Below are positions 52,609-64,000 of a stretch of DNA of 64,000 nucleotides, piece after piece; positions within the stretch are counted from its first letter, which is position 1; the number at the start of each line of letters is the position of its first letter. A program made the translations under genes and the position numbers. This DNA is from an uncultured Chloroflexia bacterium. Its GTDB lineage: Bacteria; Chloroflexota; Anaerolineae; CG2-30-64-16. The notes under the pieces are model-generated. The model was not told where the DNA came from. It did no database searches and saw only the letters and a program-made list of their open reading frames with translations. The stretch lies in the NCBI GenBank assembly GCA_963774265.1, contig CAVZDU010000007.1, forward strand, positions 224,001 to 288,000, written 5' to 3'.

Positions 52609-53636
52609 GTGCTATCACAACCACCGCTTCGTTTTTCGGCCATCGGTTTGAACCACGGCCACATCTATGGGCAAACTGACATCTTGCTGGAAGCGGGCGC
52701 CCAGTTGGTCTCGTACTATGCCGTCGAGCCGGAGCTGGCCGCGTGCCTACGGCAAGCAGTACCCCCAGGCCGCCTGCGCCGCGAGCGCGGAGGAGATTCT
52801 GGAAGACCAGAGCATCCAGCTCATCATCAACGCCGGCATCCCGTGCGAGCGTGCGCCGCTCGGCATCCGCGCGATGCAGCTCGGCAAGGACTACATGACC
52901 GACAAGCCCGGCATGACGACCTTCGCCCAGTTGGAGGAGGTGCGCCGGATCCAGGCCGAGACGGGGCGCATATACTCCGTGGATTTCAGCGAGCGGTTTC
53001 ACGTGCGCTCGGCCGTCAAGGCGGGCGAGTTGATCCAGGACGGCGCCATCGGCCAAGTGCTCCAGGTGGTCATCCTGGCGCCTCACCATCGACGGTTTGC
53101 GACTCGCCCTGCCTGGTACTTCGAGCGTGAGAAGTACGGCGGCATCCTGGTGGACATCGGCTCCCACCAGTTCGACCAGGTTCTTTTCTACACGGGTTCA
53201 GATCGTGCGGAGATCGTCGCGTCCCAGATCGGCAATCTGCACCACCCCGAGTATCCTGAGTTCGAGGACTTCGGCGATGCCCTCGTCAGGGGCAACGGCG
53301 GCCTCGGCTACGTTCGGGTGGATTGGTTCACGCCCGACGGACTCGGCACGTGGGGTGACGGGCGGCTTTTCATCCTCGGGACGGATGGCTATATCGAAGC
53401 CCGCAAGTACTGCGATATCGCCGGGCGGCCCGGCGGCGATCACCTGTTCCTGGTGGATCGGGACAGCGCACAGCACATTGATTGTCGGAGACGTGGCGCT
53501 GACATACGGCCGGCAGCTCATCGAGGACATTCGAAATCGCACCGAGACTGCCATGACGCATGCGCATTGCTTTCTGGCGTCTGAGCTGGCCCTCGAGGCC
53601 GAGGCCAAGGCGGCCAGATTGGGGCATCTCCGATGA
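52609..53636 (+). CDS. Gfo/Idh/MocA oxidoreductase (YteT-like), frameshifted
   Basis: IGLNHGHIYG, DKPG, GGILVDIGSHQ, RVDWFTPDGLGTWGDGR. Confidence 0.88.
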
Positions 53637-54726
53637 CGGGTCTTCGTTCCTTTGGGGGCAGCCCCAGAATTCGCGTTGCGGTGGTTGGAGGCGGCATCGG
53701 CCGGGCTCACCTGACCGCCTATCGGGCTCTGCCTGACTTGTTTGAGGTTGTCGCGGTATGTGACATTGATCCGGTTCGTGCGAACGGCCTGGCCGAGACC
53801 TTCGACGTCCCACACGTCACCAGCTCGCTGGATGAGCTGTGCGGAAGGGAAGATCTCGATGTCATTGACATCTGCACGCCGCCGAATCTTCACGTAGCCC
53901 ACACGCTGCAGGTGCTCGCTGCGGGTAAGCACGCGGTGTGCGAGAAGCCGGTGAGCCGCCTCCCTCGCGGCCTCGACCAGTTGGCGGAGGCGGAGCTGCG
54001 TTCCGGCCGCTGCGTGATGCCTATCTTCAACTACCGTTTCGGTGTCGGGGTGCAGAAGTTGCGCCACCTGATCGCGACTGGGGATCGCCGGGCGCGCCTC
54101 ATCTCGGCACCATTGAGGTCGCCTGGCGGAGGCGTGCCGGTTATTATGATGTGCCGTGGCGCGGCCGCTGGGAGACGGAGCTGGGCGGCTGCATGACCGG
54201 TCACGCGATTCACTTTCTGGACTTGCTCATGGTCGTGCTCGGTCCCGTTCGCAGCGTCTTCGCGCGTACGGCAACCCTGGTCAATCCTATCGAGACCGAA
54301 GATTGCGGATCGGTTTCACTGGAGATGGCAAACGGTTCCCTGGCATCGGTCTCCGTAACACTGGGTTCGAGCGTCGAGATATCCAGGCAGCGCTATTGCT
54401 TTGCCAACCTGGTTGCAGAAAGCAACCTGGCGCCGTATGACAAGAACACGAGCGAGCCCTGGCAGTTCGTCGCGGACACGCCGGAGGTGGCGACGCAGAT
54501 GGATGCCGCGCTGGCGTCCATCGAGCCTGGACCCGAGGGTTTCGTGGGCCAGTTCGCGCGGTTTGGCGAGGCCCTCGCCGCCAACTCCGAGCTGCCGGTG
54601 ACACTGGCCGACGCCCGCCGGACGATAGAACTGCTTACGGCGATCTATGCTTCGGCACGGACCCATCGTGTCGCGGACCTGCCGATCGGTCCGGAACATC
54701 CACTGTATCGGGGCTGGCTGCCCTGA
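53633..54726 (+). CDS. Gfo/Idh/MocA oxidoreductase, frameshift near 54085
   Basis: VVGGGIG, ICTPPNLH, CEKP, WRGRWETELGG..TGHAIH..D. Confidence 0.9.
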
Positions 54727-54746
54727 GAAGCGCCGGGAGCAGAGGA

Positions 54747-55866
54747 ATGCAGTCATCTTGGTCGGTCCGCATGGCAGATTCGATGCTCCGGGGGTATCCT
54801 GTCGCGCTGATGCGCTGGCGCTACGAGGACGGGTTTCTGCTCAAAGCCATCGAGCAGGTCGGATTGCGGACCGGGGAGACCCACTACTGGCAGGCGGTCC
54901 TGGACTACGTGGATCGCTTCGTCGACCCAGACGGCGAGATCGTCACCTATCAGCGTAGCTGACTACAACCTTGACCAGGTTATGCCCGGCCGGCTGCTGT
55001 TTGGGGTCTACGGGGCTAACGGCGGGGAGCGATATCGGAGGGCGATCTATCGCCTGGCTGAGCAACTGCGCCTGCAACCGCGCACTCGCGCCGGCGGGTT
55101 CTGGCACAAGCTGATCTACCCGTACCAGATGTGGCTCGACGGCATCTACATGGGATGTCCGTTTCTACGCCCAATACGCTGCGACCTTTGATGAGCCAGC
55201 CGCGTTCGATGACGTCGTGCATCAGATCGTCACCATCGAGGAGCACACCCGCGATCCGGTGACCGGTTTGCTCTATCATGCCTGGGACGAGAGCCGGCAA
55301 CAGCGTTGGTCCGACTCCGTCACTGGATGGTCACCCCATTTCTGGTGTCGCGCGATGGGTTGGTACGTCATGGCCCTCGTGGATGTGCTGGATTATCTGC
55401 CCGCGGGCCATCCGGGCTCCGCATCGATCGTGAGTATCCTGGGGCGCACGCGGTGGAGGCATTGTTCGCTGTGCAGGACCCGGACACCGGCCTCTGGCGC
55501 CAGGTGCTCGATCAGGGGGATCGGCCCGGTAACTACCTGGAGGCTTCCGGCGCGTGCATGGTCGTCTACGCGATGGCCAAGGGCGTCCGCACCGGTCGTC
55601 TGCCGGGTTGTTGGCTGGATGTCGCGCGCCGGAGTTATCAGCAGATCGTCGAGCGCTTCGTGCAAGTGGATGAACAGGGCGAAACCCACCTGCATGGGAC
55701 CTGCGGCGTGGCCGGGCTGGGCGGCGACCCATACCGCGATGGCAGCTACGAGTACTATGTTGGCGAGAAGGTGGTGACAGACGAACCCAAAGGCGTGGGT
55801 GCCTTTATCCTGGCCTCGGTTGAGATGGAACGGGAACTCATGGCGGATCAGCAAGGGGCAGAGTGA
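54747..55866 (+). CDS. GH105 unsaturated rhamnogalacturonyl hydrolase (YteR-like), frameshifted
   Basis: WRYEDG, FWHKLIYPYQMWLDGIYM, GLLYHAWDES, HFWCRAMGW, YLEASG, VAGLGG..RDGSYEYY. Confidence 0.92.
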
Positions 55867-55869
55867 GCC

Positions 55870-57180
55870 GTGTTGGACGTGCGAGACTTCGGAGCGGCCG
55901 GTGACGGCCGGACCCTTGACACGGAGGCCATCCAGCGGGCCATCGAAGCCTGCGGCGTGGCGGGCGGCGGCACGGTCCACTTTCCGGCAGGCGCCTACGT
56001 CACCGGCGCGCTGGTCCTGCGGAGTCACGTAACCCTGCATCTGGAGGCCGGCGCTGTCTTGCTGGGGAGCGAGGATCCGGTCGACTACCCGGTCGTCCGC
56101 AGCATCTGGGAGGGCGTCGACCAGGAAACGTACGCGCCGCTGATCGGCGGCTCCTGTCTGGAGGGCATCGCGGTTGTCGGGCGGGGCACGGTGGATGGCC
56201 GCGGGGAGATTTGGTGGGAGAGGTTCAGGAAGTCCCGGGGCCTTGCCTTACGTTATCCCCGGCCGCGCCTGATCTCGTTCGTGGCTTGTCATAACGTCAT
56301 GATCGAAGGGCTCACCCTGGCCCGCTCGCCGAGCTGGACGATCAACCCGGTGCGCTGCAGCAACGTCACGATCGACAAGGTGACCATCTTCAACCCTCAA
56401 GATTCGCCGAATACCGACGGCATCAATCCGGATTCGTGCTCCAACGTGCATATCTCTAACTGCCACATCGACGTAGGCGACGATTGCATCGCCCTCAAGT
56501 CCGGCACCGAAGCTGAGGACAGCGACAAACGCGCTCCTTGTGAGAACGTCACGATCACGAACTGCACGATGGTGCACGGGCACGGCGGCGTCGTGATCGG
56601 CAGCGAGATGTCCGGCGGCGTCCGCAATGTCGTCGTCTCCAACTGCGTTTTCGAGGGCACCGACCGCGGGATCAGGCTCAAATCGCGGCGCGGTCGCGGT
56701 GGGGTGGTGGAGGACATCCGCGTGACCAACGTTATCATGGTGGACGTGTTGTGTCCGTTTGCAGTGAACCTCTACTACGCTTGCGGCGCGTGGGGCGACA
56801 AGGTTGTCTCTGACAGGCAGCCTCATCCTGTGACCGCGGGGACGCCGTGCTTTCGGCGGATTCACCTGAGTCACATCACCGCCCGCGACGCGAAGCTGGC
56901 GGCTGGTTTCGTGTTTGGGCTGCCCGAGATGCCGGTGGAAAATGTGTCGCTCAGCGACGTCTTTGTTTCGATGGCGCCCGACGCCGAACCTGGATACCCG
57001 GAGATGGCCGACGATATGGAACTGATGCAGGGGGCGGGGCTGGTCGTTCGCAACGTCCGGGGCCTGCGGCTTCAGGATGTCGAGATCGTGGGTCAGCAGG
57101 GGCCGGCTCTGCTCCTGGCTGATACGACCGGCATCCAGATAGCAGGTGGCGTGAGCCCACACCTGCACCCGCTTGGGTGA
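55870..57180 (+). CDS. GH28 polygalacturonase (no signal peptide, probably exo-acting)
   Basis: SPNTDG, GDD, GHGG..IGSE, RLKS catalytic motifs. Confidence 0.95.
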   Translation: MLDVRDFGAAGDGRTLDTEAIQRAIEACGVAGGGTVHFPAGAYVTGALVLRSHVTLHLEAGAVLLGSEDPVDYPVVRSIWEGVDQETYAPLIGGSCLEGIAVVGRGTVDGRGEIWWERFRKSRGLALRYPRPRLISFVACHNVMIEGLTLARSPSWTINPVRCSNVTIDKVTIFNPQDSPNTDGINPDSCSNVHISNCHIDVGDDCIALKSGTEAEDSDKRAPCENVTITNCTMVHGHGGVVIGSEMSGGVRNVVVSNCVFEGTDRGIRLKSRRGRGGVVEDIRVTNVIMVDVLCPFAVNLYYACGAWGDKVVSDRQPHPVTAGTPCFRRIHLSHITARDAKLAAGFVFGLPEMPVENVSLSDVFVSMAPDAEPGYPEMADDMELMQGAGLVVRNVRGLRLQDVEIVGQQGPALLLADTTGIQIAGGVSPHLHPLG

Positions 57181-57199
57181 CGTTGAGGAGGTGCAGCGC

Positions 57200-58333
57200 A
57201 TGGTGACAGCGATAGATCGCAGCGAGCGGTACGCGCTGGCCCTGGATTTCGCAGGAAAACAGTTGCGCGGGCTGATCGAGTCTCACCCCAATTCTTTCCC
57301 GATCTACACGGTCGGGGGCAAGTGGCAACACGGCGGCGAGGCGTGGACCAACTGGTGCGAAGGTTTCCTCGGCGGCCAGCTTTGGCTGCTCTACGATCAC
57401 ACGGGCGATCCATACTGGCGCGGCCAGGCGGAGCACTACTCACGCCTGATCGAGCATCGCGTGACCGACCGGACCGTCCACGATCTGGGTTTCTTGTTCT
57501 GGTCCACCTGGAAACGCTGGTATGACCTGACGCACGACCCGGCGATCAACGCCGTGGTGATCGAGGCAGGTCGGACACTGGCCCTGCGCTTCAAAGAGCG
57601 GGGCGGATACCTGCGCTCCTTCGTGGCCGATGAAAGCCTATTCATCGACATCATGATGAATGTCGGCATCATCTTCTATGCCGCCCAGCAGACCGGGGAT
57701 GCAGAACCTGTTGCGTATCGCCACGCAGCACTGCCTGACCACCCGGCGCACGCTGGTTCGCGGCGACGGCAGCACCGCGCATGAGGGTATCTTCGACACC
57801 GCCACCGGCGAATTTCTGCGCCAGAGCACGCACCAGGGCTGGCGCGGCGATTCGGCATGGGCGCGCGGGCAGGCCTGGGCGCTGTATGGCTTCGGCACGG
57901 CCTACAATTTCACCCGAGATGAGCGCTTTCTCCACACCGCCGAGGCGTGCGCCGACTTCTACGTCGAGCGCACCCCCGCCAGCGGCGTCCGCAGCGGGCG
58001 GTTCCCGGTGCCGCCAAACGACTGGGATGAGCCGAATCCTGCGCTGCCCTACGAAAGCTCGGCCGCGGCGATTGCGGCCAGCGGCATGCTGGATCTTGCC
58101 CGGCTGCACCGGCGATCCGGCCCGCGCCGCGCGTTACCGCGATTATGCTCTGCTGCATCCTGGACACCCTGACCGGCTCCGAATTCCTGGCGATCGAGAC
58201 GCCCGGCTGGGAGGGCATCCTGAAGCATGGCATCTATCACCAGCGCAAGGGGCTGGGCGTGGACGAGAGCGTGATGTGGGGCGATTACTTCTTTCTGGAG
58301 GCGTTGAGCAAGGCGATGGCGATTGAGGATTGA
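57200..58333 (+). CDS. GH88 unsaturated glucuronyl hydrolase, frameshifted
   Basis: WCEGF, HDLGF, FIDIMMN, THQG...SAWARGQAWALYGF, ESSAAAIAASG, WGDYFFLEAL. Confidence 0.92.
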
Positions 58334-58353
58334 AGATTGAAGATTGAAGATTG
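58321..58353 (+). repeat. Heptamer tandem repeat (GATTGAA) x4.7, overlapping the GH88 stop codon
   Basis: GATTGAG GATTGAA GATTGAA GATTGAA GATTG. Confidence 0.85.
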
Positions 58354-58361
58354 GGGGTACG

Positions 58362-59143
58362 ATGGCAGCCAATGAGCGCGTGGCGTTGGTGACCGGGGCG
58401 AGCCGGGGGATCGGCCGTGCGATTGCGGTCGCCCTGGCCGGCGCTGATCGGCGTGGCTGGACGGTGGTGGTCAACTACCGGAATAACGCCGAAGCCGCGG
58501 CCCAGACGCTGGCCCAGGTGCAGGCCGCGGGCGGGCAGGGCGTCATCGTCCAGGCGGACATTGCCGATGCGGCCGACCGAGAGCGCCTGGTGCGCGAGAC
58601 ATTGTCCCGCTACGGACAGATCGATCTGTTGGTCAACAACGCGGGCATGGCCCGCGCCAGCGCGTGGATATGCTCCAGACGACCGAGGCCAGCTATGATG
58701 AGGTCATGGCCGTCAACTTGAAGGGGCCGTTCTTCCTGACGCAGCTCGTGGCCAGGGCGATGATCGAGCAACCCGCCACTCCGGGCCGCGCGATCGTCAA
58801 CATCGGCTCGATGAGCGCCTATACCAGCAGCACGAACCGGGCGGAGTATTGTCTGTCCAAGGCCGGCATCGGGATGATGACCCGGCTCTACGCCGACCGG
58901 CTGGCCGAATACGGCATCAGCGTCTTTGAGATCCGGCCGGGGATCATCGCAACCGACATGACGAGTGCGGCGCAGGAGAAATACGATCGGCTGATCGCCG
59001 CGGGGCTGACTCCGTTCCGGCGCTGGGGCCGGCCAGAAGACGTAGCGCTGGCCGTTGAGATGATTGCGGGGGGACGCCTCCCCTTCTCAACCGGGGAAGT
59101 GATCAACGTTGACGGCGGCTTCCATCTGCACCGCCTGTCTTGA
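58362..59143 (+). CDS. Short-chain dehydrogenase/reductase, frameshift near 58655
   Basis: [41 protein letters not shown]. Confidence 0.92.
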
Positions 59144-59154
59144 GGGAGAGTGAG

Positions 59155-60617
<1,463 letters not shown>

Positions 60618-60633
60618 CCCACGCCTCCGGCGA

Positions 60634-60691
60634 AAGGAAGAAGGAAGAAGGAAAATCCAGGTTTTCCTTTTTCCTTGTTTCATCTTCCTTC
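60634..60691. repeat. Imperfect hairpin of heptamer repeats between convergent genes
   Basis: AAGGAAG AAGGAAG AAGGAAA ... TTTTCCT TTTTCCT TGTTTCA TCTTCCT. Confidence 0.7.
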
Positions 60692-60726
60692 AGCGGGGAC
60701 CCTTCTTGCTTGGGGACGGTCGCTAT

Positions 60727-61395
60727 TCAGCCTTTGCGCCCGAAATCCGCGGGGATCTCGCCCCAGGCGTCGGTCTCCCACTTGAGCACCGGGATATCAT
60801 AGTCGTTGTTGCGCAGCCAAGCCTCGGCGCGGGCGATAAGCTCGAAAAGCGGTGCATTCAGTTCGTCGGGCGCCAGTTTGGTGCGGCAGGTCTTACGCCG
60901 CACCCAGGCGATGGCGTTGGCAGAGTCGGAGTAGATGGTTGTGCTGACGCCGCGCTTCTTACAGAGCGCGAGGGCGTGGACGATGGCCAGAAACTCGCCG
61001 ATATTGTTGGTGCCGTTGGCGAAAGGACCTTGCTTGAAAATCTCGGCATGGGTGGCGACGTGCACGCACCGATACTCGAGGGGGCCAGGGTTGCCGCTGC
61101 ATGCTGCGTCGACGGCATAGCTATCCGGATTGGGCTCGCCAGCGAGTGGCAGTCGCGACTGGCGACCACGCTGTTGTTTCGCTCCGCCCTCTTTCGATTG
61201 CGCCAGCTCCGGGTGGCGTGCCACAAACTCGGGGCGCGGCTGGTGGAAGGCCTCTTCGGCTAACTCACGGGTGTCGAAGGCCTTATGGCTGGCGCCAGGA
61301 AACCCGTTGATCTGGGCAAAGCACTCGGGCCAGGTTGCATAGACGCCCGGTTGATATCCGCGCCAGACGACGTAGTACTTCGGTTTCTTGGCCAT
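60727..61395 (-). CDS. rnhA: Ribonuclease HI with N-terminal hybrid-binding (viroplasmin-like) domain
   Basis: KYYVVWRGYQPGVYATW.EC; VDAACSGNPG, TNNIGEFLA, YSDS, WGEIPADFGRK. Confidence 0.93.
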   Translation of the reverse strand: MAKKPKYYVVWRGYQPGVYATWPECFAQINGFPGASHKAFDTRELAEEAFHQPRPEFVARHPELAQSKEGGAKQQRGRQSRLPLAGEPNPDSYAVDAACSGNPGPLEYRCVHVATHAEIFKQGPFANGTNNIGEFLAIVHALALCKKRGVSTTIYSDSANAIAWVRRKTCRTKLAPDELNAPLFELIARAEAWLRNNDYDIPVLKWETDAWGEIPADFGRKG

Positions 61396-61454
61396 TATTC
61401 GGCGCCCCTCGTTCATGATAACACGGCACAGTTGTGCCGGGTCCCATCCGAATT

Positions 61455-62492
61455 CTAAGATGCCTTAGCGGTCGACCCAGTTCTCGGTGTCTTGTCCGAG
61501 TCATAGGCTATCTCGATCGTGTTGTTTGGCAGGAAATTTGATGCCAGGTATCGCAGCGATTGCTCGCGATCTTCGCCGCCTTCATCGCTCAAGAGCAGTT
61601 GCTCGCAGAAGACCGCGATGTCTTCGACGATCCTTTCATAGCGGTAATAAGCCAACGCGAAGGGGTCGATCGTTGTTGGACCATAGCCCTGGTAGAACAG
61701 GTCCTCTTCTTCTTGAGGGGTGCGTCCCTCACCGAACTGGCCACCGCCAGCGTACATCAGGTCGCGCTCTTTGGGGGCCAGGATGGGATTGTCCCAGTCA
61801 ACGATGTACAGCGCTGCATTGGCATCGATCAGGATATTGCCGGCGTGGATATCGGAATGACATACAACGAGTTCCGCAGATCGGGCCTGAAGCAACTGGG
61901 CGAGCCGTTCGGCGCGGCCGACAAGATCGAGGATCTCAGCTTGCCTGGCCTTCAAGAACGCAGCGAGCTTTGCGGCGGTGGGGTCAGTAAAAGTGTCACT
62001 CTCGACACGCCCCAGCAACGTGCTTACGATTTCGCGCCACCGTGGGGAATAGGCTTCCTGTGGGATGCATCTTGCCAGGGTTGAGGGCACTGCTGTAGAG
62101 TGAATGCCCTTGAGGGCGGCGCCGAAATCAACCCACTGGCGATCCGTCAGGTCAGCCTCATATCCATTGTGACCTTCAACAAAAGGGTACAGGATCACCC
62201 TGAAGGTGTCCAGGTCTGCCCAGAGCTGTCCCGCCAGGGTTGCCAGCGGAGGTATGATCTGCATGATGCCCCGATCGCTGAGGAACTTGGGCAAAGTCAC
62301 GGCGATTTCGTTAAAGTCGCCGCGCCTTAGCTTCACAAAATACGGCGTACCATCGTCTGTCACGGCGCGATAGACGGCCGTGTTCGGATCGGCCCCGAGA
62401 GGCAGGAACGTGACTTGAGCGGCACGCAACCCATATGCACCCAGCAGACAGGCGGCGATTTTTTCATCTCGAAGGTCTGGTTTCTCAAGCAT
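61455..62492 (-). CDS. Aminoglycoside phosphotransferase family protein (APH(9)/spectinomycin kinase-like)
   Basis: FLPLGAD, YFVKL, CHSDIHAGN, VDWD..ILAPKERDL, YYRYERIVED. Confidence 0.85.
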   Translation of the reverse strand: MLEKPDLRDEKIAACLLGAYGLRAAQVTFLPLGADPNTAVYRAVTDDGTPYFVKLRRGDFNEIAVTLPKFLSDRGIMQIIPPLATLAGQLWADLDTFRVILYPFVEGHNGYEADLTDRQWVDFGAALKGIHSTAVPSTLARCIPQEAYSPRWREIVSTLLGRVESDTFTDPTAAKLAAFLKARQAEILDLVGRAERLAQLLQARSAELVVCHSDIHAGNILIDANAALYIVDWDNPILAPKERDLMYAGGGQFGEGRTPQEEEDLFYQGYGPTTIDPFALAYYRYERIVEDIAVFCEQLLLSDEGGEDREQSLRYLASNFLPNNTIEIAYDSDKTPRTGSTAKAS

Positions 62493-63344
62493 CAGCGTAG
62501 CCGCACAGGGCCACGGCGCGCGGCCCTGTGTGCACACCCAGCACCGGGGTGGTTGTGGTGAGGATCAATTCGACAGGATCGTGCTCCCGGCGCACCCGCT
62601 CAGCGATCTCCGCGGCTTCATCCTCTGCGCCGCCGTGCAGGACCGCGACGTGTAGCCCTTTTCTCGCCCAACTGCGCGAAGAACGATTGATACAGCGCGT
62701 CGAGCGATTTGCGCCGGGTGCGCACCAGCGGCCCGGACTCCACCAGTCCGGTGGTGTGGTCGATGAACACCAGCGGCTTGATGCTCAGGACGGTGCCGAT
62801 CAAGCGGGTTGCATTGCCGATGCGCCCACCTTTGTGAAGGTAGTCCAGGGTATCCAGCGACACCCACAGGGCCATGCTCAGGCGTGCGCGTTCAGCCGCC
62901 TCGGTCATTGCGTGCGCGTCTCCGCCTGCCTCACGCACGCGCGCCGCGGCCAGCACCTGCCAGCCAAGGCTCATGGTCGGACCTTTGGCGTCCACGACCG
63001 TCACAGGGAAGCTGACTTGCGCTGCTCCCAACAAGGCCGCGTTGTAGGTGCCGCTCATTGCACTGCTTACGGTGATGATTACCACCTCCTGCGCACTGCG
63101 GGCATGCGCGGCCTCATAGGCCAGTCGAAACTCCTCAGGGGTGGCGTGAGCGGTCTTCGGAAAATGAGGGTCGGTTTCCAGGCGTCGGTAGAATTGGGCC
63201 GCGCTGATGTCGATCCGGTCGCGCAAGGACCTCGTCGCCCCAGATGACAGTGGCCGGCACCATGCCGATGTCGTAGCGCACCATCAGTTCGTCGGGGATA
63301 TCGCAGGTGCTGTCGGTGATGAGTGTGATGTCCTGGTTTGGCAT
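62485..63344 (-). CDS. DegV family fatty acid-binding protein, frameshifts near 63230 and 62660
   Basis: ITDSTCDIP, PKTA, SSAMSGT, LHKGGRIG, LSIKP, LGVHTGP. Confidence 0.92.
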
Positions 63345-63388
63345 GTCATTTGCTCATATCAGGGATCGGCCGTCATCCGTGGTGACGA

Positions 63389-63947
63389 TCAGCGCGCCGG
63401 CGGTTGGTCCTGGAACACCAGGTACCAATACAAGGCGATCTCGCGCGTGCCGGGCATGACGCCGCGGTACAGATAGCTGTCGAACCCTCCCAGGACGAAT
63501 CCACAGCGTTCGTAGAGCCGGCACGCGGCCATGTTGATGTTTTGCGTCTCCAACATCACGCCGGGCAGTTCGCGCTCTCTGGGCCCACCGGATCGCCTGC
63601 TCGATCAGCCGGCGGCCAACACCCTGACGGCGGAAGGGCGGGTCAACGGCGATGTCCCAAATAATAGCATACCGGTTCCAGTTTTCATACACCAGGATTT
63701 GGCCGGCGAGCTGGCCGTCGATGTACGCCAGCCACGCCGCGTGATCCGGTCGGCCAATGTAGGCCTGGGCATCATAGATTTCGGGGCCGTAGCGTTTCAC
63801 GTAGGGCGTCACAGGGTGCACGGTGTAGCTGATCCGGTTATCCTCTACGTGCAGGCAAAGCTCGGCCTCCACAGTGAACGAATTGTCGCAGCGGTTGAGG
63901 TCGGCCTGGTTGTCGGCGGTGAGGCGGTAGATCACAAGGTCGTTCAC
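63389..63947 (-). CDS. GNAT acetyltransferase, streptothricin acetyltransferase (SatA)-like, frameshift near 63575
   Basis: PYVKRY, NWNRYAIIWDIAV, RRQGVG; the shifted frame reads MLETQNINMAACRLYERCGFVLGGFDSYLY...ALYWY. Confidence 0.8.
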
Positions 63948-64000
63948 TGTGTCTTTGCTAGATGTCGAGGACAAGCCCATCGTAGGCGATTTCGTAGCCA

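Noticed and set aside
58321-58353. Heptamer arrays as CRISPR repeats
   Set aside because: The units are 7 bp with no unique spacers, and there are no cas genes
60727-61395. Viroplasmin-like domain as evidence of a virus or retroelement
   Set aside because: It is the ordinary hybrid-binding domain of bacterial RNase HI; no RT, integrase or capsid gene is nearby

Overview
High-GC bacterial chromosomal window. It is probably Chloroflexota (Anaerolineae/Caldilineae-like); this is an inference from Pro/Thr/Ala-rich lipoprotein linkers, the absence of outer-membrane uptake genes and the gene repertoire. Many genes are split by 1-2 nt indels, most simply explained as uncorrected long-read errors, so I merged split ORFs into single genes. 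Contents: (1) 0-4.5 kb, two UroD/MtaA-family proteins, a FrlC-like epimerase, a cupin and a DMT transporter; (2) 4.5-9.5 kb, a compact ApbE flavinylation/ferric-reductase-like operon with two small exported candidate substrates and an OmpR two-component system; (3) 9.6-16.3 kb, membrane proteins, a patch of internally deleted or remnant genes and an M16 peptidase lipoprotein; (4) 16.4-24.9 kb, a LacI-controlled xylo-oligosaccharide locus (ABC, GH8, GH3) with two palindromic operators; (5) 27.2-60.6 kb, a large hexuronate (pectin/glucuronoxylan) locus with a soluble LacI-sensor/HK/REC/AraC hybrid regulator, an Opp-type importer, GH4 x2, GH67, PL22, GH105, GH28 and GH88, plus uncharacterised members (two toroid lyase-like proteins, a B12 radical SAM, Gfo/Idh/MocA x2, HAD, SDR, OYE); (6) 60.7-64 kb, RNase HI, an APH(9)-like kinase, DegV and a SatA-like GNAT. 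Intragenic REP-like palindromes and heptamer tandem repeats are also present. I saw no rRNA, tRNA, CRISPR array, transposase or phage gene. All family calls come from motif recognition, not database searches.
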